A stretch of 64,000 bases of DNA from a bacterium (GTDB lineage: Bacteria; SAR324; NAC60-12): NCBI GenBank assembly GCA_965205865.1, contig CBDBHR010000029.1:352001-416000 (forward strand), read 5' to 3'. This document shows, piece by piece, positions 32,197 through 42,639 of the stretch (the first letter of the stretch is position 1; every line of letters begins with the position of its first letter). Under the pieces are notes generated by a model that saw only the letters and a list, made by a program, of their open reading frames with translations, made no database searches and was not told the DNA's origin. The translations under genes and the position numbers were made by a program.

Positions 32197-34235
32197 GTCA
32201 CCGTAAAGAACTGACTTATAGTGGTTTCCAGCCACCTTTCGTCATTCCTCCGGTACAAATCCGGACGTGCGCTGCTAACGCATCCGGCTCCTGCTTCGAG
32301 TCAGACGCTCAAACGTTGATTCGGATACGGGTGGGTTGTCCTTACAGAAGGAATGTGTAGTTTGACCAGTACTTTGAAGCGTTCCCAGTTCATCCTCTTT
32401 GCTTTGTGACTCCTCCGTCTTAGTGATTTGAACCACGTCCGATGGATTTCCGTGCGAAAAGCATTCAAGGAACTCCGGTTGCCGGGGACTCCATAGTAGT
32501 TGTACAGACCGTTTAAAACAGACCTGAGCCATTTTCCTTGTTCATGCGCATTTTCATGACGTTTGCGTTTCGCTTCAAGTTTGATCTCTTTGAGCTTCTT
32601 TCGCAACCTTTTGGAAATGGTGAGACGGGTGAGCTTGAATTTTCTATCCTTTATCCGAGTGTCACAGACATGAGTGAATCCTGAAAAGTCGAAACTTTCC
32701 GGTTTTCCCAGACCTTGTTTTTCCCGGTTATCGGCGGCAAATCGCCCGAACTCGATGAGGCGTGTTTTCTCTTCATGTAAAGTCAGTCCAAATTGAGAGA
32801 GGCGTTCTCTTAGTTGGCGATTAAATTTCTGGCCATCTTCAGAATATTGAAAACCCACGACGAAATCATCCGCATAGCGAATGATGTAAACTTCCCCCCG
32901 AGCTTCCCGCCTTCTCCATTGATTGACCCATAGATCTAAAACATAGTGCAGATAGATATTTGAATAGATTGGAGAAACTACCGAACCTTGTGGTGTTCCG
33001 ACCACCGTTTCAGACCACTTCCCCTCTTCGATGACTCCGGCGCGCAACGTTTTCTCTGCTAAACGCAGAATCCTTTTGTCGGAGATTCGATGCTCGATAA
33101 ATTTCAGCATCCAATCATGCTGAATTGTGTCGAAAAATCCTTGAATATCCGCATCTAAGATGTAGCTCACTTTCCGTTGGGTAATGGCCACATACAAAGC
33201 GTCTAAGGCTTGATGTTGGCTTCGTCCGGGTCGGAACCCGTAACTAAACCCAAGGAAATCCTCCTCATAGATCGATTCCAACGTCCAAACAAGGGCTTGT
33301 TGTACGATCTTGTCTTCAAGTGCGGCTATTCCGATTGGCCTTTGACGGCCATCCGGTTTAGGAACCCACACTCGCAGAGAAGGGTGAGGACGATAACGTT
33401 CTTGGTGGATCCCCCATCATAAAAAGGTAGACTAAAAAAGCCGTCCGAGGACACCCTATTTCCAGAGTTCGTTAATTCCGGGCTCCATCGATCCTCCCGT
33501 GCAGATCGTTAATCCGCTCCAGGAGATTTATGCCATACTCATTCCAGGTCTCCTCGTCCACTCCCGCCGCTGAGTTGCGATTGAGATCAAAGTAAGCTCT
33601 CCGCAGTAAGTCAGGGTTGATGTGATGAAAGAGATTGTTGAATTGAAGATGGGGGTTCCTCTTCGCCCTTTGGCGCACCCTGCTTAAACCGCTCTCTGAT
33701 TTTACCGGCCTCTGAGTTCCGAACACAGGAGGGCAAGCAGAATTCCTCTCAGCCAAGTCCCTTTGCTCCACAGGCTCCGTTGATTTCCTTTGCATTGTTA
33801 CTCTCTACAAATGATCTCATTGTTCGCCGCTTCATCGCTACTACGAACTTGTCCGACTTCCTGAAAACGTCGATGTCGGGGTTATTTATTAATTTTCCCG
33901 ATCCGACTACCAATGGAATGTTGACAGTCGTCTTCAGGATCTCCCAGGTTCCGATCAAGAAACTTCCACACATGCACCGGGTCTTCGACTCCGCCAGGCT
34001 CGACCGGGACTCACGCTAACGCCTTCGGTTGATGTTGCCTTCCCCACCAGACTACAAGGTCAGCACCTGAAACTATGATTTCGGAGCTCAATACCGAGCC
34101 TATGTTCTCCCCTGTCAACGCTTAGCGTCTATCCTTGCGAATAACCACTCATGACTCGGGGACTCGGCGGGTCGTTACTGCCTTACCGAGTAAGAGACTT
34201 TCACTCTCTATTTCTTGCCAGCTTTCCTGGCGCAC
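32197..34235 (-). mobile_element. Group II intron (IIB-like, endonuclease-less IEP), full length
   Basis: 5' GTGCG at 34235. Domain V GAGCCGGATGCGTTAGCAGCGCACGTCCGGATTT. Domain VI ends ACGGTGAC at 32197. RT ORF in domain IV. Confidence 0.92.
32301..33795 (-). pseudogene. ltrA: Group II intron reverse transcriptase/maturase, broken by an 82-bp insertion
   Basis: AAGVD, PKPDGRQRPIGI, GFRPGRS, GTPQG, YADD and maturase X domain. Removing the 82 bp restores a 470-aa frame. Confidence 0.9.
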
Positions 34236-34288
34236 AGCCTGACCCCAGATGGATGAAAAACTCATACGCTTAAGACAATTTCTTAATA

Positions 34289-36690
34289 CATGACTTTCGG
34301 CTAAATAAATATTAACGAAATTTAAGTGTCATTTTTCTTAACTTCTCGATATAATCGCCGTATGCCAGGTGAAATAAAACCTTAAGCCCAAGGCGATTTC
34401 GTTGAGAACTATCAAAAAAGAAAAAGAAAGACTAGCAGAAATTCTTAAACTCTTTAAAAAGGTTGAAGAGTCAGTTCTCTCTGTGAAAGAATATTTTCAA
34501 AACCACCAAACTCCTATCAGTATGAGGCAGTATAGTCGCTTAAAGAAACGCTATACGCAGCAAGGCGTAGCTGGTCTTGCCGATCAGCGTCAGGTCGGTA
34601 ACGCACGAAAAATTAAACCCGACGAGATCAGTTTGGTTCATGGAACCTTGGCCTATAATCGCAACCTAACGTCCCAATCATTACAAGATGAATTGCAAAA
34701 TCAATGGGGAATTACGGTAGGCCAACGTCGTATTGAGCAAATCCGACAAGAGTTTAATTTAACGCGCATTAAGTCACAAACGATTCAGCAGGAAACACTC
34801 CCGTTTGCCGGTATTGAAATTTTTTCAGCCTTAGCGCAATATGTTGGTCTTCTCGAGCATTGGAATATTACGATTCAACAACGTTTACAACAAGTCCAAG
34901 AAACGCCATCGCCAAAAGCCAATAAAGGCGGAGATCATATCCGAGCCCGTCATCGTGATGGCACCTTCTCTGCCCGCTACAATCGTCTGGCCAGCGTTCG
35001 TCATACCAAGTTTGCCTCGATCACCGATAAAGTCAAAGATAAAGATTTCAGTAGATTCACCCTTTCTCAATTAAAAGCCGAGAATTTAAAGCGAAAAAAT
35101 TTAGCCCTCTTGTTTTTACCTTTAGTCACCAATAACGGTGCCATGCGTCATGTGAATACCCCCTTAGGGAATGCTTTACGATACGCCTGTGGGTACAATT
35201 ATAAAAATGCCACCCTGGACAAATACCTCAGAGAACTCAAGTATCTTCAAGTCTCGGCAGACTTGATTAACTGCAACGCTCGGTTTTGGCATCAATTTTG
35301 GCAACAATATGATGCTCCGGATCACAAAGTGGCCTGTTATTATATCGATGGTAATGTTAAACCTTTGTGGTCCTCCAAACGCTGCCGCAAAGGTAAAGTG
35401 ACGATGATGGGCCGCGTGATGGGATGTATCGAACAAGTGGTGATCCATGATGGCCATGGCCGGCCACTTTATCTGCGAACCTTTTCTGGCCATGCGGACT
35501 TACGAGAAAATGCGCTGCGGACGATGGATGAATTGGACATCGTTTTAAATAAAAAACGAGAGTCCCGCGCTAAAGAATCACCTGGCAGCCGCGCATTGAT
35601 CATTGATGGGGCGGGCAATGCTGTTCAAACACTGAGAGCTTTTTCAGAATCGGACTATCATTATATTACCATTCTCGATACCAATCAGATAGTAGATCGC
35701 AAATTTAAGCATCTGAAAGCGCCGCAACGTTATCAGTACGGTGAAGCCTTCCTGATTGATTGCCGCATCGAGTTAATGGACTCAAAAGAATCAGGCTATC
35801 TCTACGAGAGCCGCGCGCTGCGGGTTCAGTGGGATAATGGTAAAGAATGCTGTTTAGTCACCAGTATCCCCTCAAACCTCTTTTATGCTTCAGAAGTGGT
35901 CAAGGCTTATTTTGATCGTTGGCCCTATTGCGAAAAACAATATGCCCTGATGAAGGCCGCGACCTGTTTTAGTCAAGTGGTGGGTTATGGGAAAAAACTT
36001 TTGCCGGATGAAAATACTTTAGAAAAAATCGAAAAACTTCAAACCGACTTGCGAAAACTGCGGCAGGAATTAAAAATTCCGCTTTCGAGAATTACAGTCG
36101 AGGAGAAGAAACTCCAGGATTTATTTGAGAAAGAACGTCAATTTAAAGAAAGAAGCACAATTAACAAAAAAGGCCAACGGGATCAATCTCAACGAAATCA
36201 GGAAAATCTTGAATCTTGTCAGAAGGATATCCGAAGGATTCAACGTCAAATAAAGACGATAGAAGAAGCCTTCAAAAAACAGTTTCAGACTCTACGGCAA
36301 AAGAGCAAAGAATTCGCGCGTATCCAGGGTAAACGGAAAGTTTACCATGTCGATGTTGAACTCGACCAACTAATGACCAGTTTTCGACTAACGCTGGCAA
36401 ATCTTCTCGTTTTTCTGGCAAAGGAAATTTTAGATCATACGCCCATAGAAATGAATACCTTGATCCAGTCCATCTTATTTTTATCAGGAAGAATTGAACA
36501 TCTCCCGGATCGTCGAAAAATTGTCATCAACAAAAATGAAAAAGATCCTCAGTTTATGAATAAATTACAGAAGGGCTTATCGAAGCTTAACGCCCTAAAA
36601 ATCAGGTACTCCAGCGGGGTGGTTTACGAATTTGTCTTGAACTAATGGACATTTAAATTTCGTATATTTTTGATATAGCCGAAAGTCATG
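34289..36690 (+). mobile_element. Intact 2.4-kb insertion sequence of unclear family
   Basis: Perfect 15-bp TIR CATGACTTTCGGCTA / TAGCCGAAAGTCATG. 5-bp TSD TAATA at 34284-34288 and 36691-36695. Confidence 0.9.
34402..36645 (+). CDS. Large HTH + DDE transposase with long coiled-coil (747 aa)
   Basis: N-terminal HTH-like region. Candidate catalytic residues in YYIDG, IIDGAG, YFDRWPYCE. Fills the TIR-bounded element. Confidence 0.75.
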   Translation: MRTIKKEKERLAEILKLFKKVEESVLSVKEYFQNHQTPISMRQYSRLKKRYTQQGVAGLADQRQVGNARKIKPDEISLVHGTLAYNRNLTSQSLQDELQNQWGITVGQRRIEQIRQEFNLTRIKSQTIQQETLPFAGIEIFSALAQYVGLLEHWNITIQQRLQQVQETPSPKANKGGDHIRARHRDGTFSARYNRLASVRHTKFASITDKVKDKDFSRFTLSQLKAENLKRKNLALLFLPLVTNNGAMRHVNTPLGNALRYACGYNYKNATLDKYLRELKYLQVSADLINCNARFWHQFWQQYDAPDHKVACYYIDGNVKPLWSSKRCRKGKVTMMGRVMGCIEQVVIHDGHGRPLYLRTFSGHADLRENALRTMDELDIVLNKKRESRAKESPGSRALIIDGAGNAVQTLRAFSESDYHYITILDTNQIVDRKFKHLKAPQRYQYGEAFLIDCRIELMDSKESGYLYESRALRVQWDNGKECCLVTSIPSNLFYASEVVKAYFDRWPYCEKQYALMKAATCFSQVVGYGKKLLPDENTLEKIEKLQTDLRKLRQELKIPLSRITVEEKKLQDLFEKERQFKERSTINKKGQRDQSQRNQENLESCQKDIRRIQRQIKTIEEAFKKQFQTLRQKSKEFARIQGKRKVYHVDVELDQLMTSFRLTLANLLVFLAKEILDHTPIEMNTLIQSILFLSGRIEHLPDRRKIVINKNEKDPQFMNKLQKGLSKLNALKIRYSSGVVYEFVLN

Positions 36691-36705
36691 TAATACCAAT
36701 ATGCA

Positions 36706-37397
36706 GTCACCGTAAAGAACTGACTTATAGTGGTTTCCAGCCACCTTTCGTCATTCCTCCGGTACAGATCCGGACGTGCGCTGCTAACGCATCCGGCTCC
36801 TGCTTCGAGTCAGACGCTCAAACGTTGCCGTTTGGCGCACTCTGCTTAAACCGCTCTCTGATTTTACCGGCTTCTGAGTTCCGAACACAGAAGGGCAAGC
36901 AGAATTCCTCTCAGCCAAGTCCCTTTGCTCCACAGGCTCCGTTGATTTCCTTTGCATTGTTACTCTCTGCAAATGATCTCATTGTTCGCCGCTTCATCGC
37001 TACTACGAACTTGTCCGACTTCCTGAAGAAGTAGATATCGGGGTTATTTATTAATTTTCCCGATCCGACTACCAATAGAATGTTGACAGTCGTCTTCAGG
37101 ATCTCCTAGGTTCCGATCAAGAAACTTCCACACATGCACCGGGTCTTTGACTCCGCCAGGCTCAGCCGAGACTCACGCTAACGCCTTCGGTTGATATTGC
37201 TTTCCCCACCAGACCACAAGGTCAGCGCCTGAAACTATGATTTCGGAGCTCAATACCGAGCCTATGTTCTCCCCTGTCAACGCTTAGCGCCTATCCTTGC
37301 GAATAACCACTCATGACTCGGGGACTCGGCGGGTCGTTACTGCCTTACCGAGTAAGAGACTTTCACTCTCTATTTCTTGCCAGCTTTCCTGGCGCAC
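36706..37397 (-). mobile_element. ORF-less group II intron (692 nt), sister of 32197-34235
   Basis: Near-identical domains I-III, start of IV, V and VI. RT coding region deleted near 36828. Same exon flanks. Confidence 0.9.
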
Positions 37398-37410
37398 AGC
37401 CTGACCCCAT

Positions 37411-37780
37411 TTCGCACTGCCTTTCTTGCCCACTTCAAAAGCAATCTGTTTGGAAAGCGATTTCATTTCCTTGATCAGATGCTCAAAATTCCTCGGGTGG
37501 ATGTTGTTCAAACCCAACTTCTCTAACGAGTTGCCACGGTGGTAGAGTCTTTCCACTAAACGACTGATCAAAGAAGAATCCGTCGGCCAGGCACTATTGG
37601 CCGCCACGACGGTACTATCCAGCTCGAGGACGGCAAAATCATCTAACTCCACCCCAATAATCATCCGAATTTGAACATCAAAAATGAAATGACGGGGCGA
37701 ATTACTGACCGCGTTGAGGTGATCCAAAATCGTACTCATCTCTGGCATTGTCAAACCACGATTCGCTAAAAAGAGATGTA
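37411..37780 (-). pseudogene. ISNCY-like transposase fragment, paralogue of 1-765
   Basis: STILDHLNAVSN...LDSTVVAANSAWPTDSSLI. Confidence 0.75.
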
Positions 37781-37989
37781 CCTAAATTGAGCGATTCTGA
37801 AAAAGGATCAGATTTTCAAGATGATTTTTTTGCTTGAGAAATGCAATCATTCTGAAATCAGATTTTGATCATCAAATCCATGGATGTTTGAGTGAGAATG
37901 AGCATCAAAATGCTGTTTTCAGATGTGGAAAGTCTTCATTTCTCATGTCATGGACACACTCGTCCCCTTAAACTTTAGAATCCGTTTAG

Positions 37990-38762
37990 TTAAAAAACAC
38001 ACTTGTCTGAGGTAACTTTGATCATGGCAATACGAATCATATTTTCAGCAGTGTTTGTGAGGATTTCAAAATCTTTGGCTAATCTTCTGAATCCCCCGAA
38101 CCAAGCGAATGTGCGCTCCACAATCCAACGTTTTTTCAAGAGCGCCAATTGGCCCTTGATTCCTTTTGCGATGTCGAGTTTCGGTCCCAATACCTTTTCA
38201 ACAAACTCCCGCGAGGCGCCACAATATCCTTGGTCAGTGGAAAAAGCTCTCGAGCTTGGATATTTGCGAGTGGTTTGCTCAAAAACAGCACTCCCTTCCT
38301 TGGTTTCGGATTGGTTCGCCGCATGGACTTTCACATATAAAAGATTGCCCAAAGTATCGACGCTAATATGGCGTTTACGCCCTTTGATTTTTTTCCCCCA
38401 TCAACACCCCGCTCTTTGGAAGCGTATTGGGTTTTCACACTTTGAGAATCGACGATGGCATGACTGGGAAAAGGCTTCTTGCCCTGTTTCACGCGAGTGC
38501 GGGCATTGAGGAAATCCAAAACTTCTTGCCAAATCCCTCTTTGAATCCAGCGGCGATAATGATCATAAACGGTTTGCCAGGGAGGAAAATCATGGGGAAG
38601 CAATCTCCACTGACAACCCGTTTTCACTACATATAAAACCGCATTGACGATGGTATGTTTGCTATCAATACTCCTGGCCCCCCGAGGGTCGGAACATGTA
38701 AAAAAATGTTCAATCTCAGACCATTGTTGATCGCTTAAATTGCTTGAATACATCAATCTCAT
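37990..38762 (-). mobile_element. IS5-family transposase in two overlapping ORFs (probable programmed frameshift)
   Basis: YSSNLSDQQW, TGCQWRLLPHDFPPWQTVY, DSQSVKT, G5-A7 slippery run near 38390-38400, KRWIVERTFAW. Confidence 0.85.
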
Positions 38763-38825
38763 TTTTAAAAAAATGGAAATTTAGTAAACATGTAATTTTT
38801 TATCCAAACAGCTTCTTAGCGAAAT

Positions 38826-38888
38826 TGAAATAAAACCTTCAGCCAAAGGCGATTTCTTGAAAACTATCAAAAAAGAAAAAGAAAGACA
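38826..38888 (+). pseudogene. 5' stub of a relative of the 747-aa transposase
   Basis: gaaataaaacctt..gcc.aaggcgatttc.ttga.aactatcaaaaaagaaaaagaaagac matches about 34371-34431. Confidence 0.7.
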
Positions 38889-39238
38889 GATCTTCGATGC
38901 GGAGTGCCGCTTCCGCGGACGTGGTCCGGCATCCCGGCCGCATCGGCGGTCGTGCGCGACTGCGACCGGCCCACAGGAAATCAAGAAAATTTTAAAGCAT
39001 ATCGGAGAGGAAACGGGCAGGGCCCCTTTCCTCCTCCCCTCTATCACTGCATGTGAGTTGGTAGTCTCTGAAGAGGTCTCTTTATTGACAATTGCCAAAT
39101 TCAGACAGAGAGCAGTGCGGAGAAATCGAGAAAATGACTGTGAGACAAAGCGAAAATAAATAAATCTCGCTGTTGCCCAAACACTTTGATATACTTATTG
39201 AAAATAGTGTTTTGTTGTTCCTTTCTTTGAGGAGTATC

Positions 39239-40048
39239 ATGCTGAAACATCCCATTGCTCCGACGGTAGACTGTATCTTCAAGGCCATTTTGGGGGCAGA
39301 GGAAAACAAAAATTTACTGATTGATTTTCTCAATAGTGTTCTTGCTCCGCAGTCTCCCATTTCGGATGTCGAAATCCTCAATCCTTACAATGAACGTGAA
39401 TTTTATAAAGATAAGTTGACGATTGTCGATATCAAAGCGAAAGATGAAAACGAGACGGCCTACCAGATAGAAATTCAATTATTGGTTTTTTCTTATTTGC
39501 CGGAGAGAATGCTCTACACGTGGAGCGACATCTACCAGTCCCAGCTAACAAGCGGGGAAAAATTCTCAGAATTACGTCCGGTTATCTCCATTTGGCTGTT
39601 GACTGAAAACCTGTTCCACCAAAGCCCAGCCTACCATCATCACTTCCAAATGCTCGATGAAGCGAACCAACAACGATTATCGGAGCATTGCTCAATCCAT
39701 ACGTTAGAATTGGAGAAATGGCAGTTTTCCGAGACACTGAACCCTGAAGGTGAATGGCTTTATTTTTTTAAGGAAGCCGAGAATTGGAGAGAATTACCCG
39801 AAATCATCAACACCCCTAAAATGAGGCAAGCGATGGCAGTCTTAGAGAGATTTTCTGAAAAAGAAGCGAATTATCATTTATACCAAGCCCGTCAAAACGC
39901 CATCCGTGAGGAGAAAACAAGGCAACAACTTTTAGAAGAAGCGATGCGAGAAAAAGAAGAAGCGGTGCGAGAAAAAGAAGAGGAGAAAGCGAAAAATAAA
40001 CGTCTCATGGAACTCTTGAAAAAAGAAGGAATTGATCCAAGTGTGTAA
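39239..40048 (+). CDS. Rpn-family PD-(D/E)XK nuclease / putative transposase
   Basis: DCIFKAILG, LIDFLNSVL, VDIKAKD...IEIQ, RMLYTWS. RBS GAGGAG upstream. Confidence 0.85.
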   Translation: MLKHPIAPTVDCIFKAILGAEENKNLLIDFLNSVLAPQSPISDVEILNPYNEREFYKDKLTIVDIKAKDENETAYQIEIQLLVFSYLPERMLYTWSDIYQSQLTSGEKFSELRPVISIWLLTENLFHQSPAYHHHFQMLDEANQQRLSEHCSIHTLELEKWQFSETLNPEGEWLYFFKEAENWRELPEIINTPKMRQAMAVLERFSEKEANYHLYQARQNAIREEKTRQQLLEEAMREKEEAVREKEEEKAKNKRLMELLKKEGIDPSV

Positions 40049-40165
40049 GCTCTTTCGCCTCTATTTCTCATGATAACCGCGCATGTAACAATTCAAGAAC
40101 AAAAATGCCAACAAACCGTTTCAGGCCACGCTTCCTCCACCGTTTTGCGCTTCAAAATTTGGGAA

Positions 40166-40244
40166 GGGGGTCAGGCCTTTGATTAAATGAAAAGGTGGCA
40201 AAAAAACTGAACTCGTTCCTAATAAAATAATCAAAGGCCTGACC
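40166..40244. repeat. Inverted REP-like pair of the GGGGTCAGGC family
   Basis: ggtcaggcctttgatta ... taatcaaaggcctgacc. Confidence 0.75.
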
Positions 40245-40249
40245 ACTTT

Positions 40250-41090
40250 TCAGGTGCGTCTTCGTAACGCAAATGGGCCCAGTAAGCGCCCATGTCCCCA
40301 AGTATTTCAATCTCCACGTCAACGCCAATCCGGGACCAGTAGATTTTGAGAATCCGTGCCATATCGGAGTTGCCGGAAATCCGATGTTTTCCATCGCCCA
40401 CAAAAAGCTAGACCTTAATGCAATTGGGGTAGCCGGCTTCCGCCAGCGGTTCTTTTGCCTTCTTCGGATCAAAGGCGTAGCCCTCTTGAACCGCTTTTGG
40501 CAGCTCATGAAACGGAGTGTAGAACCCCTTCACATTTATCATGGGCGGAGGAATCGCCTCGACCGCACCCTGGTAGTAGGTCCTGGCGAGTTCCTCAAGA
40601 TTGATTGCTTTCTGCATGGCCTGCCGCACCCTGATGTCAGGGTAAACCGGTGCGCAGGGCCGCATGGGCGGTAGCCTCATCCAGGGTAACCAAGAATTTC
40701 AATTCGTCCACATAGGGCAAGCGGAAATTGTACTCTGGGAAGAGCTCGTCGCTACGATGGTAATTGGGTTTTTTGCGGTAAGTGTAGGAGGTTCCTTTTT
40801 GGAATTTCTTCGCTATAAACATACCGGTCCCTATCTGGAGCTCAAAACTACCAATGCCCTTGAAATGGTCAACCGCTTCACGGGTATGGATATGCATCGT
40901 GACAAGTTGGGCCATGAGATCGACGGAGAAATTAAAGGCAAATTTGTGATGGAAAACCACCGTATACTTATCGGGTACCTCCACAGAACTCACGCCTTCG
41001 ATTGAGGCGTAAGAGATAGCCTGGCTTTTCTCGGTAAAACCGCTACCCGTTCCCAACATCTGTTCAAATGAAAAAGCTCCAGGAGCACTG
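40250..41090 (-). pseudogene. Peptide ABC substrate-binding protein, frameshifted fragments
   Basis: PDKYTVVF, IGTGMF, LPYVDEL, DIRVRQAMQKAIN, LAEAGYPN spread over three frames. Confidence 0.8.
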
Positions 41091-41094
41091 CCCG

Positions 41095-41345
41095 ACCCTG
41101 CCGAGGTTCGCGGGCACTGATTTTTCATCGGCTTGGAGTGGGTGAGCGATCGTGCCACCAAAACCCCCGATCGTGACAGTGCTGTGGTAGTCATCAATCG
41201 CCTGAAGGCCAAGGGGTTCTTCATTAGCAATGCCGGGACATTGGGCAATGTTCTCAAAATTCGACCACCGCTGGCGTTACAACAGGAACATGCCGATTTG
41301 TTTCTCACCGCGTTTGAAGAAAGCATCGGGGAGAGCTATGGCAAA
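41095..41345 (+). pseudogene. Class III aminotransferase, C-terminal fragment
   Basis: EVRGH*FFIGLEWV.DR.TK.P...GNVLKIRPPL. Confidence 0.7.
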
Positions 41346-41578
41346 GGCTCTTGACGAGGACACCTTGCGGGCAGTCGCCAAGTGGGCGTTGGAGGAGTGG
41401 GACCTCCACGTCGTGCAGCTCGAACTGATTTCGATCTCCGAGAATACTGTGTTTCGAGTCGATACGGACGCTGGCGCATCCTATGCTTTGCGTATCCATC
41501 GCCCTGGCTATCACAACCTCGCCGAACTGAATTTCGAACAACAATGGACCACGGCGTTGAACCGCGCAGGCATCAGCG
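41338..41578 (+). pseudogene. Aminoglycoside/homoserine kinase type II-like phosphotransferase, N-terminal fragment
   Basis: SENTVFRV...YALRIHRPGYH...E.QW..AL..AGI. Confidence 0.7.
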
Positions 41579-41760
41579 CACCGGCGCTCGAAAAATGGCC
41601 ATATCACGATCTCGGGGTTGGTCTGCCGGAGACTCCTTACCACATCGAGGGTTCTTATGTCAACGACTCCGGCGTGTTGTTTTATCAACTTTACCCGTGC
41701 GTAGTGCCAAGATACGTATGGCTTCTTCTGGCATTAAGAGGGCCCCAAACTCGTCAACGT
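41579..41760 (-). pseudogene. Peptide ABC SBP internal fragment
   Basis: MPEEAIRILALRTGKVD / SLRQTNPEIVIWPF, similar to the fragment at 59714-60020. Confidence 0.65.
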
Positions 41761-41827
41761 AGGGATTTTCGCGGCAGACACAACGTCTGCCACGATCAAC
41801 CCCACGAATCGGGCCAGAAAATACTTA

Positions 41828-42021
41828 ACCTGAATTCGACATAGATCTTCAATAATATGAGTATCCTAGTGTATATGTCATCCTCGCGAAAGCGGGGATC
41901 CGGATTTCAGTCTGGCTGCATACCTCTGGATTCCTGTTTTCGCAGGAATGACAAGGTTTCTCTAAGATATGAAGATTCCATAACATATTGAATTTATTAA
42001 ATTCTTATCTCGAATTCAGGT
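41828..42021. mobile_element. MITE family A, copy 1
   Basis: TIR ACCTGAATTCGA / TCGAATTCAGGT, TSD TACTTA, internal TGTCATCC...GGAATGACA palindromes. Confidence 0.85.
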
Positions 42022-42149
42022 TACTTAAGATACATCGTGACCTTTCTAATGAGGGAGTGTTGAAAATCGTGCGCTCGTCCGCATGGATGAAGAAAAAAAG
42101 ATTCCTGGGGTAGAGAAATCTTTTCAATTAAACTCACTCTTCCCCAAAC

Positions 42150-42293
42150 GTAACTATTCAGGTGTGAATGTCCTGGGCTTGCGGGTATTTTCCTTAGAAA
42201 AAGCGAACTAAATCATCCACTTTCGAGGTATTTTGACGCAATTTAGAGGTTCTGTCGACCTCTAGCCCAGTGTTTTCGCACCTGAATAGTTAC
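42150..42293. mobile_element. MITE with IS66-type ends
   Basis: TIR GTAACTATTCAGGTG / CACCTGAATAGTTAC and 8-bp TSD CCCCAAAC. Confidence 0.85.
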
Positions 42294-42594
42294 CCCCAAA
42301 CAATATAAAAATGCAATTTCGGTCATTTTATTTGATTTTATTCAATAACGCTGCAACGCTCTCTGGTTTTGGGCAGGAGTGCACATTCCTGGAGGGGACC
42401 TCCGAACGCTGAGGAGGGATGGCAAGCAGCACGAAAAAAAGATCAAGGAAAGGGGATTCCCTGATAGGGAGCGGGAGCTTCAGCGGCTGAACCCGGTGAG
42501 CATCCGGAGCGCGTTCCGCGCCCGACTAGCGTTAAGCCTCATAAATCCATAAAAGTCTGTATCCTTCAAAAAATGATTTCATTCTGTAAATTGC

Positions 42595-42636
42595 TGTGAT
42601 AATATGTACAGAAATCCCGTACAATATAAAGGAGGT
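42595..42636 (+). promoter_or_regulatory. yefM-yoeB promoter/operator
   Basis: Extended -10-like TGTGATAAT, paired hexamers TGTACA (42605) and CGTACA (42618), RBS AAGGAGG. Confidence 0.6.
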
Positions 42637-42639
42637 ATT

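Noticed and set aside
32301-33795. RT as part of a DGR, retron or defence RT system
   Set aside because: It lies inside a complete group II ribozyme with a maturase domain. No adenine-specific TR/VR pair or msr-msd was seen.
33905-33929. Hairpin loop CATTCCA as EBS1
   Set aside because: It lies inside the tcctgaagacg/cgttttcagga stem that looks like domain II and does not pair with the exon.
32180-37410. CRISPR-like repeat-spacer-repeat after removing insertions
   Set aside because: Only two units, no cas genes, and the repeat matches RAYT-flanking REP sequence.
38970-39040. IS91-like C-terminal motif EIKKILKHIG
   Set aside because: A single short motif with no supporting ends or catalytic region.
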